Origin: Raja brachyura
Taxonomy: Eukaryota
DNA length: 64,000 nucleotides
Assembly: GCA_963514005.1 (NCBI GenBank)
Contig: OY740791.1
Location: forward strand, 51,770,001-51,834,000
Direction of reading: 5' to 3'
Part shown: positions 1 to 12,227 of the stretch, one piece after another
Layout: every line of letters starts with the position of its first letter
Position numbering within the stretch: position 1 is the first letter of the stretch
Notes under the pieces: model-generated
Database searches by the model: none
The model's input: the letters and a program-made list of their open reading frames with translations, nothing else
Told to the model about the DNA's origin: nothing
Translations under genes and position numbers: made by a program

Positions 1-2195
1 ATGAAGAAATTCCAGGTTTGTCATTAGTCTAAAAAAAAATTTAATCTGGTTTACCAGATAATCATAACAAGCCTTATCATTTAATATTTGAGGTCTCCAT
101 TGAGGGTATTTATTTGTTATACCTTTAATTTTATCTTAAATGTTAATGGAGCATGATCCGAAATACTAATATTATGGTATTTTGAGTCATACGTAAATGG
201 AATTAACTTTGAGTCTATTAAAAAATAATCTATCCTTGAATAGGTTCCGAATACAGGAGAATAAAATGATTATTCCCGACCAGAGGGATTATCAGTTCTC
301 CAGACATCCTTAGCATTTGCAGTATTAATAATAGAATTTATGAATTTGCTTGATTTAGATATAGCTTTCCTTTTAGTTGATGATCTATCTAGATAATTAA
401 CTAAAGTACAGTTTAAATCACCCCCAATTATTAGATTATGTTGTGTAGATATAGGAATAGTATGAAATATTTTCTTAAAAAGCAGCGGATTATCAAAGTT
501 AGGTCCATATATGTTCATAAGAATGACTTTCTTTGAATATAATTCACCCGTAATTATTATGTATCTACCCTCAGGATGTTCTATTATTGAGTTATGTTTA
601 AATGGTATGGCTTTACGAATAAGTATTGCAACCCCTCTAGACTTATGTGTAAATGAAGAATGATACACTTTAGAAATCCATTTTGCTGCTGGTCTATGTT
701 GCACATTCCTTTTTAAGGGGTGTCTCTTGAAGGAAGACTATGTCTGTTTTAAGTCTATTTAAATGAGATAAAACCTTACCTCTTTTAATTGGTTCATTAA
801 TTCCCTTTACATTCCAACTGCAGAAGGTGATTCCATCACCCCAGTTTTCATATTAATGTCTTGCATTTTGTTATTAAGGTGGATTATAATGGATAGATGT
901 CTCAGCATATCCATCCCAACCTCATACACATGCTTCAGATCGATGAATTTTAATACTTGTAACTGTATCTTACATACATATCTCTTCAAACCAACTGTAT
1001 AATACCAATCATAACTAAAATAATATAGTACATTATATAAAATATAAGAAACAAAATAGAAATAAAAGCTGTTAATGGTGTTAGTGATGTGCAGCCACAC
1101 TAGCGTGGCTATTAATCTACCGACTTCCGTTGTTAGAAAAAAAGATGATTAATGGTTCCAGTTCCATATTTGCCTTACGGGCTATTTATATAGGGGTGGG
1201 GTGTTAAATTTAAATGCTTGATAATTATGACTACTACTGTCGATTTTTAATAATATCATAACACTATTTTAGGAGGAATAGCATACGATTTTAAGTGATA
1301 GTTAATACTAAGCTATTTCTATTATATGTTAAATTTTTTATTAGTAATCCTTCGAACCATTCTTAACCAGTGAGTTTAAAAGTCCTTTGTTCTTCCTCCT
1401 TCTCTATGGATAATCAGTACCATCAGGTGGATGTTAAATATAGTTCAAGTTCACGGTTTTTCATCCTCATCTTCTTCTTCCACTTCTTCTTCTTCTTCCA
1501 CTTTCTTCTCGATGTTCAGAGCAAATTCAAGTGCTTCTGTATGCTTGATGAAGTGATGCTCTTTGTTATCATAGGTTACTCTTAGTGTTGCGGGATACAT
1601 CAAGCCATATCTCAGATTCTTTATATTGTTAAGAATGCCTCTTGTTTCTGTAAATAGAGCTCTTCTCTTGGCAACTTCCACAGGGTAATCTCTGAATATG
1701 CTGATCTTATCTCCATCGTAGTTAAGATTTTTCTTATGAATTATTATCTTCATCATATCTTCCAAGACGTGATCATAAACCACTTTCACAATCAATTGTC
1801 TTGGGGTTGAGCCCCTCTTTGGGGGTCATCTCAGTGCCCTGTGTGCTCGACCAAGCAGGGGTTCTTGATCCAAATTCAAAACTTTTTTTAAAGAGTTTTG
1901 CAGCAAATTCTCAAGGGTCTTGATATCCCTCGCTACCTTCATGCACACCAACAATACGCAAGTTCTAGCGCCTTTGACGTCCCTCCAAGTCAATACATTT
2001 CTCAGTTATTTTGTTTAATAATTCTGATAAACGTTGAAACATAATTCTGATGACTTCACGCACCTTTTTAAAGCTGCCGGTGCCGTTCTCACCCGTTCTC
2101 TTCTGGTGAGTGACTTTAATTCACCCCGTCTTTCCCCATTTTTGAGGAGCTGGTTGGCGCGAGTACCCCCTACTCCACAGCGCCACCGGAAGTCC
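1..2195 (-). mobile_element. L1-clade LINE, 5' part (5'UTR, ORF1, start of ORF2 endonuclease), degraded; continues beyond window start
   Basis: ORF 1451-1795 is an L1 ORF1 C-terminus (ISIFRDYPVEVAKRR...YGLMYPATLRVTY). ORF 270-704 has APE endonuclease motifs (SRGVAILI, NIYGPN, IIGGDLN, DVWR) continuing to SRIDYF and SDHAP near 145-240. The GC-rich 5' end reads GGACTTCCGGTGGCG near 2195. Confidence 0.9.
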
Positions 2196-2282
2196 ATTTT
2201 TGTTCCCTTTTCCCTTGCTCCTCTCATCCCTGGAGATATTTGATACCTCACCTACATCCCCTAACTCTAGTTTCAGTTTCCT

Positions 2283-3643
2283 TCATTCCTCCTTGTTTGC
2301 TTTCTCCTTGTTTCCCGTCTTGTTTTTAACGTAAGTATAAGAATCCTTGGAACGTTCTTTACTCCAAATCGCCATTACCATTTTGTGGCCTATTTTCTCC
2401 TTTCTAATCACCCGCTTGAGTTCTTGTCTCCTTGCTTTATATTCATCAATGGCCCTCTCTGCTGTCATACTCTTGAACCTTGCATGTGTTTCCTTTCTAT
2501 TTTTGACCAAATTTACAAATTTATTTGGTCATTCAAGGTTCCCTTACTTTGCCAGTCTATTCCCTCTTCCTTACTGGAACTTGCCGGTCTTGAGTTCGGA
2601 TCAACTGACCTTCAGACAATTCTCAATCTCAGACTTAAAGTAACTTAATAACAACTGCTCTGAGTGTATCTTACCAAGCTCTTGCCTAATAATGGTATCA
2701 TTTGCCTGACTCAAATTAATGTCTTGTCGCACAGTCCAGACTTATTCCTATTCAAACCAATCTTAAGACATATGGAGTTGTATTTACTATCTCCAAAATA
2801 TTATTTCACTGAAACATCAATCACCTGGCCAGACTCATTTCTGAACACAAGGTCCATTTTGGATTCCTTACTCACATTGCACTATTCACAGCTGTTACAA
2901 AAAATCCCCCAAGACACCGCTTTGCGTAATCTTTCAGTAATCTGTGTCCACATCTGTTCCTCTATTTCTTGTTCACTCTTGGGGGACCTCTCATACAATT
3001 CCGTTGAATTGCGTGCACCTCTCTTATTTTCACATGGCTCTACCCATATCACCTCAATGGACTAACCTTCCAGTGTGTACTCTCAGAGTGCCAACAAGAT
3101 AGTTTCCCTGATTAATAGAGCAATTCCCCCCTCTTTTTCCCATTGAAACACGGAACATTGAGCTGCTAGACATGTCCCTGTCACAACTATATTTCCACAA
3201 TGATCACAACATCATAGTCCCCAACAGCGATCTAGGCTCTAAGTTCATCTACTTTGCCCAAAATACTGCTTGCAAATAAACATACCTGCACCCATCAGTT
3301 TCACTATATAACTTCACCCTCTATCTGTCCTTCCTTTGAGATGTCCTTATCCTCATCTCCACCTTCCCATCACCCCCTGCCTCTCCAGTTTAACTCTCCT
3401 GGTAACACTAGTGCACTTCCCTGCAAAGATATTGGTTCCCCACCATTTCACATACAAACTATCCCTCTTGTAGAGGTCACATCTGTCCCAGAAGAGATCC
3501 CAATGGCCGAAAGATCTGAATCTCTGCCCCCTGCACCAAGTCCTGAGCCATACATTCATCTGTCCTTTCTTCCTATTCCTATCTTTACTAACACATGGCA
3601 CCGGGAGGAATCTGGAGATGACGAGCCCAGTGAGCCTTGACAA
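2283..3643 (-). mobile_element. Old CR1 LINE fragment (end of ORF1 esterase, decayed ORF2)
   Basis: 3353-3643 reads NVWLRTWCRGQRFRSFGHWDLFWDRCDLYKRDSL, typical of the CR1 ORF1 SGNH-esterase. 2283-2510 resembles the CR1 ORF2 linker (..KDSYTYVKNK). Confidence 0.75.
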
Positions 3644-5696
3644 TCATCTGTGTGTGTTTGCCAGCCACAGGTGAGATCGTGGAAGGGTTGGAGAGTTGTT
3701 AATGTAGATGTAAATGTAATTTTTAAAATCGGATCACCTCTCACTGTATCTACTGCCTGCATACAAACCCCTCATCCGCAAGACCAAACCTGCAATAAAG
3801 ACGGTCAAAATATGGCCCGAGGACGCCACCCTACAACTCCAGGACTGCTTTGATCGCACCGACTGGGACCTGTTTGCACAACAGGCTACCAGTGGTACAG
3901 AGGTAGACTTGGAGGAGTACATATCCACTGTGCTCTCCTACATCAACTGCTGTGTGGAGTTTGTCACAGTGGACAAGGAAATAAAGATGTTCCCAAACCG
4001 CAAATCGTGGATGAACAAGGAGGTTCAGAATCTGCTAAGTGCACGCAACATTGCCTTTAAATCCAGGGACACTTCTGCCTACAGTGCTGCCAGGTCAAAC
4101 CTGAACAAAGGCATAAAAAAGGCCAAATACATCCCCAGGCAAAGGGTGGAAGACCACTTCAACACCGCGGACACCAGAAGCATGTGGCAGGGTGGCAGGG
4201 ACATCACTGACTACAAGAGCAGCCCCGTCTGCCCCCACAGTGATATCACACTGGCCAATGAATTAAACACCTTCTTTGCCCGCTTCGAAACTGGCAACAC
4301 CACCAGGAGAGGAACAACCCCGGCTAGGGCGGAGGGACAGGCCTTAACACTGGGCACCCAGGAGGTACAGTGTGCTCTGTGTAGGATCAATCCACGCAAG
4401 GCTGCAGGCCCGGATGGAGTCCAGAGTAGGGTACTAAAGGACTGTGCTGTACAGCTGGCGGAGGTATTTACGAGAATATTCAACCTGTCTCTACCATAGA
4501 GACAGCTACCATAGTGCCGGTGCCGAAAAAGTCTAAAGTCACCAACCTGAATGACTACCACCCGGTTGCCCTAACTCCAATACCAATGAAGTGCTTTGAA
4601 AGGCTGGTCCTCTCCCACATCAAATCCAGCATCCCTGCATCATTGGACTCTCATCAATTTGCATACAGGACAAATTGATCCACAGAGGATGCCATCTCTG
4701 TGGGTCTTCACACTGTCCTGACCCACCTGGAAAGACAGGGCACCTACGTGAGGATGCTCTTCATTGACTATAGCTCTGCCTTCAATACGGTCATCCCCGC
4801 CAAGCTCACCACCAAACTCCACCAGCTAGGCCTCAGCTCACTGATATGCGATTGGATCCTGAATTTTCTGACGGAGCGACCGCAGACAGTGAGAGTGGGG
4901 CCGTACCTGTCCTCCACTATCACCCTGAGCACCGGCACACCACAGGGCTGTGTACTGAGTCCCATGCTCTACCCCCCATTCACCCACGACTGTGTCCCTG
5001 CATTTGACAACAACACCATTGTCAAGTTTGCAGACGACACAACGGTGATCGGGCTGATCACCAACGGTGATGAAACAAACTATCGAGCGGAGGTGCAGAA
5101 CCTGGCGGACTGGTGCCCTCGGAACAACTTGTCGCTAAACACCTCCAAGACCAAGGAACTGATTATCGACTTCAGGAGGTCACAGAATGGAGAATACGCC
5201 CCAATCTCCATCTACGGAGACAGTGTGGAGAGAGTGTCCAGCTTCAAGTTTCTGGGCACTCACATCTCAGAGGACCTCACATGGTCCACCAACACTGCTG
5301 CGCTGGTCAAAAAGGGACAGCAACGACTGTTCTGGTCTGCCCCAACAGCTGCTGACGACCTTCTACCGCTGCACCACAGAGGGCATACTAACGTATGGCA
5401 TCTCTGTGTGGTATCTCAGCTGCACGGAGGCAGAGAGGAGAACTCTTCAGCGCGTTGTCCACAGAGCGCAACAGATTATTGAGACATCGCTACCAGCCTT
5501 GGAGGACATCTACCACACACGGTGCCTCAGGAAGGCCGTCAGCATCCATAAAGACTCCTCTCACCCTTGTAATGGACTGTTCGAACTACTCCCGTCCGGC
5601 AGACGTTACCAGGCCTTCTACACCCGCACTACCAGACTCAGGAACAGCTTAATTCCCAGAGCTATAGCGGCTCTGAACTGGCCCTGCTGAGTACCA

Positions 5697-5720
5697 CCCC
5701 CCCCCCCCCCCCCCCCCCCC
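5697..5720. repeat. Poly-C tract (24 nt) in the Rex1 3'UTR
   Basis: Seen directly. Confidence 0.95.
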
Positions 5721-5879
5721 AACCCCATGGACTGTCTCCCCCGGCCTCGCACTTTAGTCTGTGTTGATGTTACTGGTCAAATGTTCGTTTTTACAAACCT
5801 TGTTCTCTGGGGTTGCAAACCGAAATCTCGAAGTTGCAAACCAAATCTCGTTGCACTTATGTGTAATGACAATAAAATA

Positions 5880-5880
<1 letters not shown>

Positions 5881-5967
<87 letters not shown>
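5881..5967. repeat. (ATT)n microsatellite forming the LINE 3' tail
   Basis: About 29 perfect ATT units directly after AATAAA. Confidence 0.97.
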
Positions 5968-5971
<4 letters not shown>

Positions 5972-6002
5972 AGACTCATGTCAGTGGTAGTGAAACTATC
6001 AG

Positions 6003-6170
6003 CCCTCATCCCTTTTCCTACCCATCCAATTTGTGCCATCCCACTGCTAACCGTCATCCTTGAGAATGTCCCACTGCTGCTGGGAGACCTCCTGGAACCT
6101 GGAACCCAGGAGGCAACACACCATCCTGGAGTCTGGATTGCTGCCACTGAATCACCTGTCTGACCCCCAA
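6003..6170 (-). mobile_element. CR1 ORF1 esterase fragment, upstream half of the element at 2283-3643
   Basis: Minus strand GACTCCAGGATGGTGTGTTGCC encodes DSRMVCC, the CR1 esterase motif (SRMVCCLPGA). Confidence 0.7.
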
Positions 6171-6174
6171 ATAT

Positions 6175-6750
6175 TCTGGGATTTGAATGGAATGGAATTG
6201 CTGGCAGGAGAAAGGGGTTGCGGTGGGACTGAAGACAACAGGTTTGGAATTCAAAGTGTTTAGTTGGGGGGAATTCTACTCATCCAGTTCTGGATGACCC
6301 ACATGTAGTCTGGGAATGTGGAGACTACGGAGGGATCGAGGGATGTGCTAGCGAGGTCGAGCTGGTGTCCACAGTCAACTTGTGGAAGCAACGGTGAAAC
6401 TTCAGCTGATGTCACTGAAAGGCAGTGTGAGGATGAGAAATAGGAGAGGTCCATGGTAGATTGTCGGAGGCTGCCCGATGGAACTGTGCTGGAGCGTGAA
6501 GTGAAGACATTGTGGGTAGTTCTCGGCTGCGATAGGATTGATAAGTCAAGGGCAGTTCCACCCGCCTGGACTGTGGTGGGGAGATGTTGGGGAGGATGGT
6601 GTGGACAACTATGTGACACTGCTCACCGGGGGCCATTTCTGACTTTGAAAAGGACCATGGAGACGGGGAGTGAGCTAATGGGAGAGGCTCAGAAATGGAG
6701 CTCCAGCAAGGGTGGTGTGGATTTGTGGGACGTGGAGAGGAGAGCAAGAT
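6175..6750 (-). mobile_element. Ancient L2-like RT relic in the intron of gene A
   Basis: Decayed DTQL..L...DIQNWMSR..PN..IVF segment typical of L2 RT. A homologous relic lies at 42900-43180. Confidence 0.55.
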
Positions 6751-6829
6751 TGACAATGGGGTGCGGGTTTACACAGTCAATGATAAAGTAAAGCAATGTG
6801 ATTGTGACCGGTGAAGAGAAAGCACTTAC

Positions 6830-6929
6830 TTTGGTTGGAAACAGGTCGAAGCAGGAAAACAATGAAACCGTACATCAAACCACCTGGCAAACTGCTGCAG
6901 AAAAACCTGGGCCTCATCTTGTGGATTCC
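6830..6929 (-). CDS. Leader (signal peptide) exon of IgSF receptor gene A; ATG at 6917
   Basis: Acceptor ttcccacag|, then GGAATCCACAAG ATG; encodes MRPRFFCSSLPGGLMYGFIVFLLRPVSNQ; phase-1 donor A|gtaagt. Clear paralog at 42563-42662, with conserved flanking intron. Confidence 0.8.
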
Positions 6930-8063
6930 CTGTGGGAAATAACATAAAGTTTTAGACTGAGCCTGTTTGAGACACAGATCTTCAGTACACTTGGAGTCCG
7001 CGTTCATAGCTCACGGAAGGTGACAACACAAGTAGTTAGGATAGTGAAGAAGGCGTATGGTATGCTTGCCTTTAATGCTAATTCCATTGAACGTAAGAGT
7101 GAGGAAGTGTCTTTTTTGTTTCTAAAGATAAAACTTCAATTGCAATTTCATTTCGGAGTCACGTGAGTGACTTCGTGAAGAGCCCGCCGGCGCGCATGCT
7201 CGACATATCATCGTACCGCGTTGCTGCGACGGCTGGCGGTGGAGCGCGCTCCTCGCCAGCCCTTCATAAGGGGCCACGGAGGTAAGTATCCTACCTTTAG
7301 TTGGTGGCCCTTGTTGTTGGTTATGTCTTGCAGCAAGGACATGGATGGGAGTTCCAAGGGCCGGAGGACGTCAGGACGAGTTCGCCGGTCAACAGTTCCG
7401 GGGCCTTTACCATCGGCAGTACCTGCAACGCAGGCCGGGACTCAGGCGGAGATGTGGGTAAGCCCTGTGATTACAGGTCCAGATCCGCCAGCACACCACA
7501 GCTCGGAGGAGTTCGACGAGGAGAAGTGTGGTGTGCCGCCAGAGCAGGGGGACCCTGCCATGGCAGTCAGGTCGTCAGCGGGCTCGCTGGCGACCTCGAG
7601 CTGGGTGCGTGCGGCTGCACGGCCCGTTCCATACAGCCCTCCGAGTAGGGGAAGGGCAGCAGCCCAGAAGCCTAACCCTGCCAGGGCTAAGGCATTGCCT
7701 GACACGGAGGAGCGGTCAGGTTCCAGGGCGAGACCCGGGGCGGCTGTGAGGTCCAGCCGGCACACCCCGACTCTCGACGCCGGGACGGGTCGGTTGAGTC
7801 GGGTCTCGTCACGGTCGCCGAGCCCCCCCATGGATGGGTGGGCGAGACCATGCATCGGCAAAGTCCACGATGTGGGCAGCCGGCAAGCCTGCGTGGGCTT
7901 CAGGCAGCCATGCTTCGGCTGGTGCCGACACCACGCTGCAAGTGCCCTTAGTGGCAGCGGCTTCAGCTCCCGCTACACGGAGGCGGTTGAACACGCCCGC
8001 GTGGGAATCGATTTGTAAGACGCATACTATTCAGAATCCATCCAGAAATATGACAGGAGGTTT

Positions 8064-8969
8064 TTGAAATTCATCTGGATGGGGCAACTCTGGCAGTATA
8101 AGGCTTTGCCTAATGGGCTCACCACAGCCCCTAGGCAGTATAAGCCTATCAGGGAGGCTAATCCGGTGGTATATTTGCAGACTGATGCAAGCTCCAATGG
8201 CTGGGGAACTACGGATAATTGCTCTAGTTGTGGGGGCAGATGGGAAACCCTTGAGTCAACGATGTTGTTGACTCAAGGGATTAACTATTTGGAGTTGCTG
8301 GCAGCATTCCACGGACTTCGTGCGTATTGTTCCAAGCTTGTTGGAGCACATGTCTGTCTCCAAATAGACAACACCACAGCAGTGGCATACTTAAACCATA
8401 TGGGTGGTACCAGGTCAGTTTCGTGTGACAAATTGGCTAATTCAATTTGGCTCTGGTGTGTTCAAAGAGACATTTGGATTTCAGCTACCTATTTGCCAGG
8501 TGAGCTTAATACTGTGGCGGACACCATGTCACGCAAATTTAATGACAATATTGAATGGATGTTGCATCCTGAGATTTTTGCTAAAGTCACAGCCAAATCT
8601 GGTAAACCGGACATTGACCTTTTTGCGTCACGGTTGAACCATCAGGTACCAACCTACGTTTCATGGGAACCAGATCCTGGGGCTATAGCGCTAGATGCAT
8701 TCTCGCTGGACTGGGGGAATTGGTTTTTCTATGCCTTCCCCCCGTTTTGCCTCATCAGTCGGGTATTGCGTAAGATTCAGGCAGATGCTGCCAAGGGCAT
8801 CCTTATTATACCCGACTGGCCCACACAGCCTTGGTATCCGGTGGTCTTTGACATGCTCAACGAACCTTGGGTCCTTTTGAAGGGTTGCCCACAATTGGTT
8901 ACTCACCCTGTCTCAGGGGAGCCACATCCCTGCCATGGCTATTTAAATTTGTTGGCTTGCAGATTCTGA
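8064..8969 (+). pseudogene. DIRS pol remnant: RT motif B fused to RNase H and the DIRS DNA adenine methyltransferase-like domain
   Basis: YKALPNGLTTAPR jumps directly to LQTDAS, so no YxDD is present. RNase H: INYLELLA, DNTTAVAYLN, NTVADTMSR. MT-like: IDLFASRLN, YAFPPF, PDWPTQPWY. Upstream motif A reads IDL*DAYYS at about 8007-8033. Confidence 0.9.
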
Positions 8970-9910
8970 ACAGGCCGTTAGTCCAATACGGCCTCTCAGC
9001 TCGGACCATGGATACCATCGGGGCGTCGTGTCGAGAGTCAACAAGGCGAAGATACCGCTCGCATATTAAGAAGTGGGAAGCCTACTGCAGCCGCTCTCGC
9101 ATCACGTACGATGACGTGACAATAACCGACGTCCTGGAATTCCTCGCGGGGTTGCACCATGATGAACACTTAAGTTACAGTGCCATCAACAGCGCCAGAA
9201 GTGCGCTCTCATTCTACCTCAATATTGAGGTAGGATCCAACAGGCTAGTGTCCAGACTCATGCGGGGTATATTCAATATGAATCCGCCTACACCACGCTA
9301 TAATATCACCTGGGATGTCAGGGACGTATTAAACCTGCTCAGGACGTGGTCTCCCATGGAAGGGCTCCAACCGGACAAACTCACCATGAAGCTGGTGATG
9401 TTACTAGCGCTGACTTCAGCTCAGAGGGTACCGACACTACACAAACTTCGTATCCACAGAATGACATCTACCCCTACAGAAGTAGTCTTTTTCATTGACG
9501 AGCTACTAAAGCAGCATAGACCTGGGTGCACAGGGCTGCAGCTGAAGTTCCCGGCATACCCCGCAGATGCTAGGCTATGTTTAGCCTCACATATCCGCCA
9601 CTATGTCAAGGTGACGGCACGCATCGGAGGAATGGAGAGATACCTGCTGGTCACTCATAAGAGACCTCATCATCGAGTGACAGTCCAGACGATATCCAGG
9701 TGGCTTCGAGTCATCTTGGGTAAGTCAGGTATCGACACTAATGTGTTCAAGTTTCATTCCACCAGGGCTGCATCGACGTCAGCGGCGAGGATTATGGTGG
9801 TGCCTATGGACCAAATTCTCGCCACAGCAGGATGGGCTAATGAAGCTGTGTTCCAGCATTTTATAACAAGCCTGTTGCTGCTCCTCTACAGTTCGCAGAA
9901 GCCGTGCTGA
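8867..9910 (+). pseudogene. DIRS tyrosine recombinase, frameshifted at the catalytic Tyr
   Basis: LLALTSAQR, HSTRAAS and AGW motifs are present. TTCCAGCATTTTATAACAAGCCT would read FQHFYNKP with one more T. Confidence 0.88.
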
Positions 9911-10844
9911 ATGCAGGTCAAGAACGTGGAGATGTCCCCGCATGAGGGGTTTTGATTTGTTATTCATAAATATGCTCTTGTTTTGCAGTATGAACTATTG
10001 AGCAAGTTTGTTCCTCCCATCCATCCCTGGTAGTGGTGTGTCAGCATGGACGTGGTCCAGGGCGTGTAATCACAGAAGCTTTGAAGTCTTCACGAAGTCA
10101 CTCACGTGACTCCGAAATGAAATAGTAAGATTGAACGAGAACTTACCAGTTCGAAGGTTGATCTTTATTTTATGAGGAGTCGAAGTGAGGGATTTCGTGC
10201 CCTCCTCGCCCAACCCTCAATCACCTTCATCTGGTAATCTTAGTCACTTCAATCTTACTATGCGGTCATTTCTATTGTTGGTTTCTGTGATTCCACGCCG
10301 CTACTTTGAAGTATGTCGAGCATGCGCGCCGGCGGGCTCTTCACGAAATCCCTCACTTCGACTCCTCATAAAATAAAGATCAACCTTCGAACTGGTAAGT
10401 TCTCGTTCAATCTTACTATTCTTCTGTTCTGGTGTTGCTCACTGTGGGTCAAAGGCTGGATTATAAGGACAGGAACGTTGCCCCATCTCCCACACACTGT
10501 TACTGTGCTGAGGAATGAAGCATCGATATGTCAAAGTGAGGTCCATCAGGGAATGTTGCCACCTGACCCACTACAGACTGCAGGAAAATGTGCTGAGGGA
10601 CGCGCAGAAGCTTGGTGCAGCCAACATAAAAACTTTGTGGGGGAGGACCACAGTCTAGGGACCTTCTCCTGCTGGACATTGAGGGATGAGTCTGGTGGGA
10701 ACACCCCTCATACAAGGGAAGGAATATAACCACATGAGTGGTCAGGTTGTTTATTGTAAAGATAAATGCTAATACTATTGAATGTAGAGACACTGAAAGT
10801 GTCTGAAGATGTTTTTGTGTTGTTTTAGATTGGTATAAAACAAG

Positions 10845-10960
10845 GAACTGCAGATTCTGGTTTACCAAGAAAAGGCACAACATAATGGAGTAACTCAGCA
10901 TGTCAGGTAGCATCCCTGGAGAACATGGCTAGGTGATGTTTTGGGTCAGGACCGTTTTCA
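10845..10960. repeat. Short Penelope-terminus-derived interspersed repeat (also at about 20236-20351, 42728-42852, 62475-62560, and partially 14725-14765 and 40790-40860)
   Basis: Shared motif GGAACTGCAGATGCTGG...GGAGTAACTCAGC..CAGGCAGCATC..GACGTTTCGGG..GACC..TTCAG. The Penelope assignment rests on recognition, not alignment. Confidence 0.6.
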
Positions 10961-11280
10961 TAAAAAATAGTTTTGTAAATTGTTTTTATTCTGCCCAAAG
11001 TTTATTTTTAAATTTTAAAAGAAATGTGAGGTTAGAAGGGCACAAGGTGTAATTATTGTGTTTTCCAAGCTCATTCAGAAGATAATATATATCTGACAGA
11101 TCCCAAGAACAATGAGGGATTCTGCCTTTCCACATATCACATTCAGGACCGGAAGCAAAATTCAGAGCAATGGTTAAGGCTGCATTAAGTGCTATCATGC
11201 AATTCAACCACAATGATTTGTCTATTTTGAGCTCTGGGCTTCCTGTTTTCTGTAGAACTTCCTGTTTTTTTCTCAACTAA

Positions 11281-12226
11281 GGGGATTAGGATGCAACCGT
11301 GGCTGACGAGAGAAGTTAAGGATGGAATAAAACTAAAAGAAAAGATATATAAAACAGGAAAGAGTAGCCGGAAGCCAGAGGATTGGGAAACTTTCATAGG
11401 ACAACAAAAGGAAACTAAACTGGCAATATGGGCTGAAAAGATGAAGTACGAGGGGAAGCTGGCCAGGAATATAAAGAAGGACAGTAAAAGCTTCTTTAGA
11501 TATGTTAAGGGAAAAAGAGTAGCAAAGTTAAATGTGGGTCCCTTGAATGCGGACATGGGTGAAATTTTTATGGGTAACAAAGAAATGGCAGAAGAGTTGA
11601 ACAGGTACTTCGGATCTGTCTTCACTAAGGAAGACACAAACAATCTCCCAGATATACTGGAGGACAGAGGATCTAAGGGGGTGGAGGAGCTGAAATAAAT
11701 TTTCATTAGGCGAGCTATAGTATTGGGTAGGCTAATGGGACTGAAGGATGATAAATCCCCGGTGTCTGATGGTCTGCATCTCAGGGTCTTCAGGAAGGTG
11801 GCTCTAGAAATAGTGGATGCATTGGTGATCATTTTCCAATGTTCAATAGATTCAGGGTCAGTTTCTGTGGGTTGGAGGATAGCTAATGTTATCCCACTTT
11901 TCAAGAAAGGAGTGAGAGAGAAAATGAGGGATTACAGACCAGTTAGCCTGACTTCGGTGGTGGGAAAGATGATGGAATCAATTATTAACGAGGTAATAAT
12001 GGGGCATTTGGATAGTAGTAAAAGGATTATTCCTAGTCAACATGGATTTCTGAAAGGGAAATCATGCTTGACTAATGTTCTGGAATGTTTTGAGGATGTG
12101 ACAAATAAAATGGATGAAGGGGTGCCAGTGGATGTAGTGTATCTTGACTTTCAGAAAGTCTTTGATAAGGTCCTGCACGGGAGACTGGTGACTAAAATTA
12201 GAGCACATGGTATTGGGGGTATTGAG
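11281..12226 (+). mobile_element. CR1 ORF2 fragment (duplicate at 20672-21617)
   Basis: QPWLTREVK, KSFFRYVK, WRIANVIPLFKKG, YRPVSLTSVVGK, SQHGF, YLDFQK. Confidence 0.92.
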
Positions 12227-12227
12227 G

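Larger units (their letters stand above)
3727..5968 (+). mobile_element. Rex1/Babar-clade LINE, 5'-truncated and inactivated, with (ATT)n tail
   Basis: Endonuclease end SDHLSLYLLPAYKP; KAAGPDG; RT motifs [30 protein letters not shown]; C-terminus HPCNGLFELLPSGRRY; 3'UTR CGTTGCAC..AATGACAATAAA followed by a simple repeat. Stops and frameshifts split the ORF. Confidence 0.9.
7145..10420 (+). mobile_element. DIRS1-type tyrosine-recombinase retrotransposon, internally deleted (about 3.28 kb), copy 1
   Basis: Left terminus 7145-7207 is inverted at 10312-10347. The ICR at 10087-10199 is complementary to both the left end and the right extension (10342-10420). ATT sits at both ends. RNase H, methyltransferase-like and recombinase ORFs lie inside. 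Confidence 0.95.

Noticed and set aside
5727-6147. ORFs with poly-Tyr, poly-Ile or poly-Asn
   Set aside because: They are translations of the (ATT)n LINE tail.
8064-9910. Phage or bacterial integrase plus methyltransferase (prophage, restriction-modification or horizontal transfer)
   Set aside because: RT remnants, RNase H and the ITR/ICR termini identify a eukaryotic DIRS retrotransposon, in which these domains are standard.
11185-11904. 239-aa minus-strand ORF and similar long ORFs (20576-21295, 43885-44430, 54565-55053)
   Set aside because: They are antisense shadows of CR1 coding sequence or of a GC-rich MITE, with no protein motifs.
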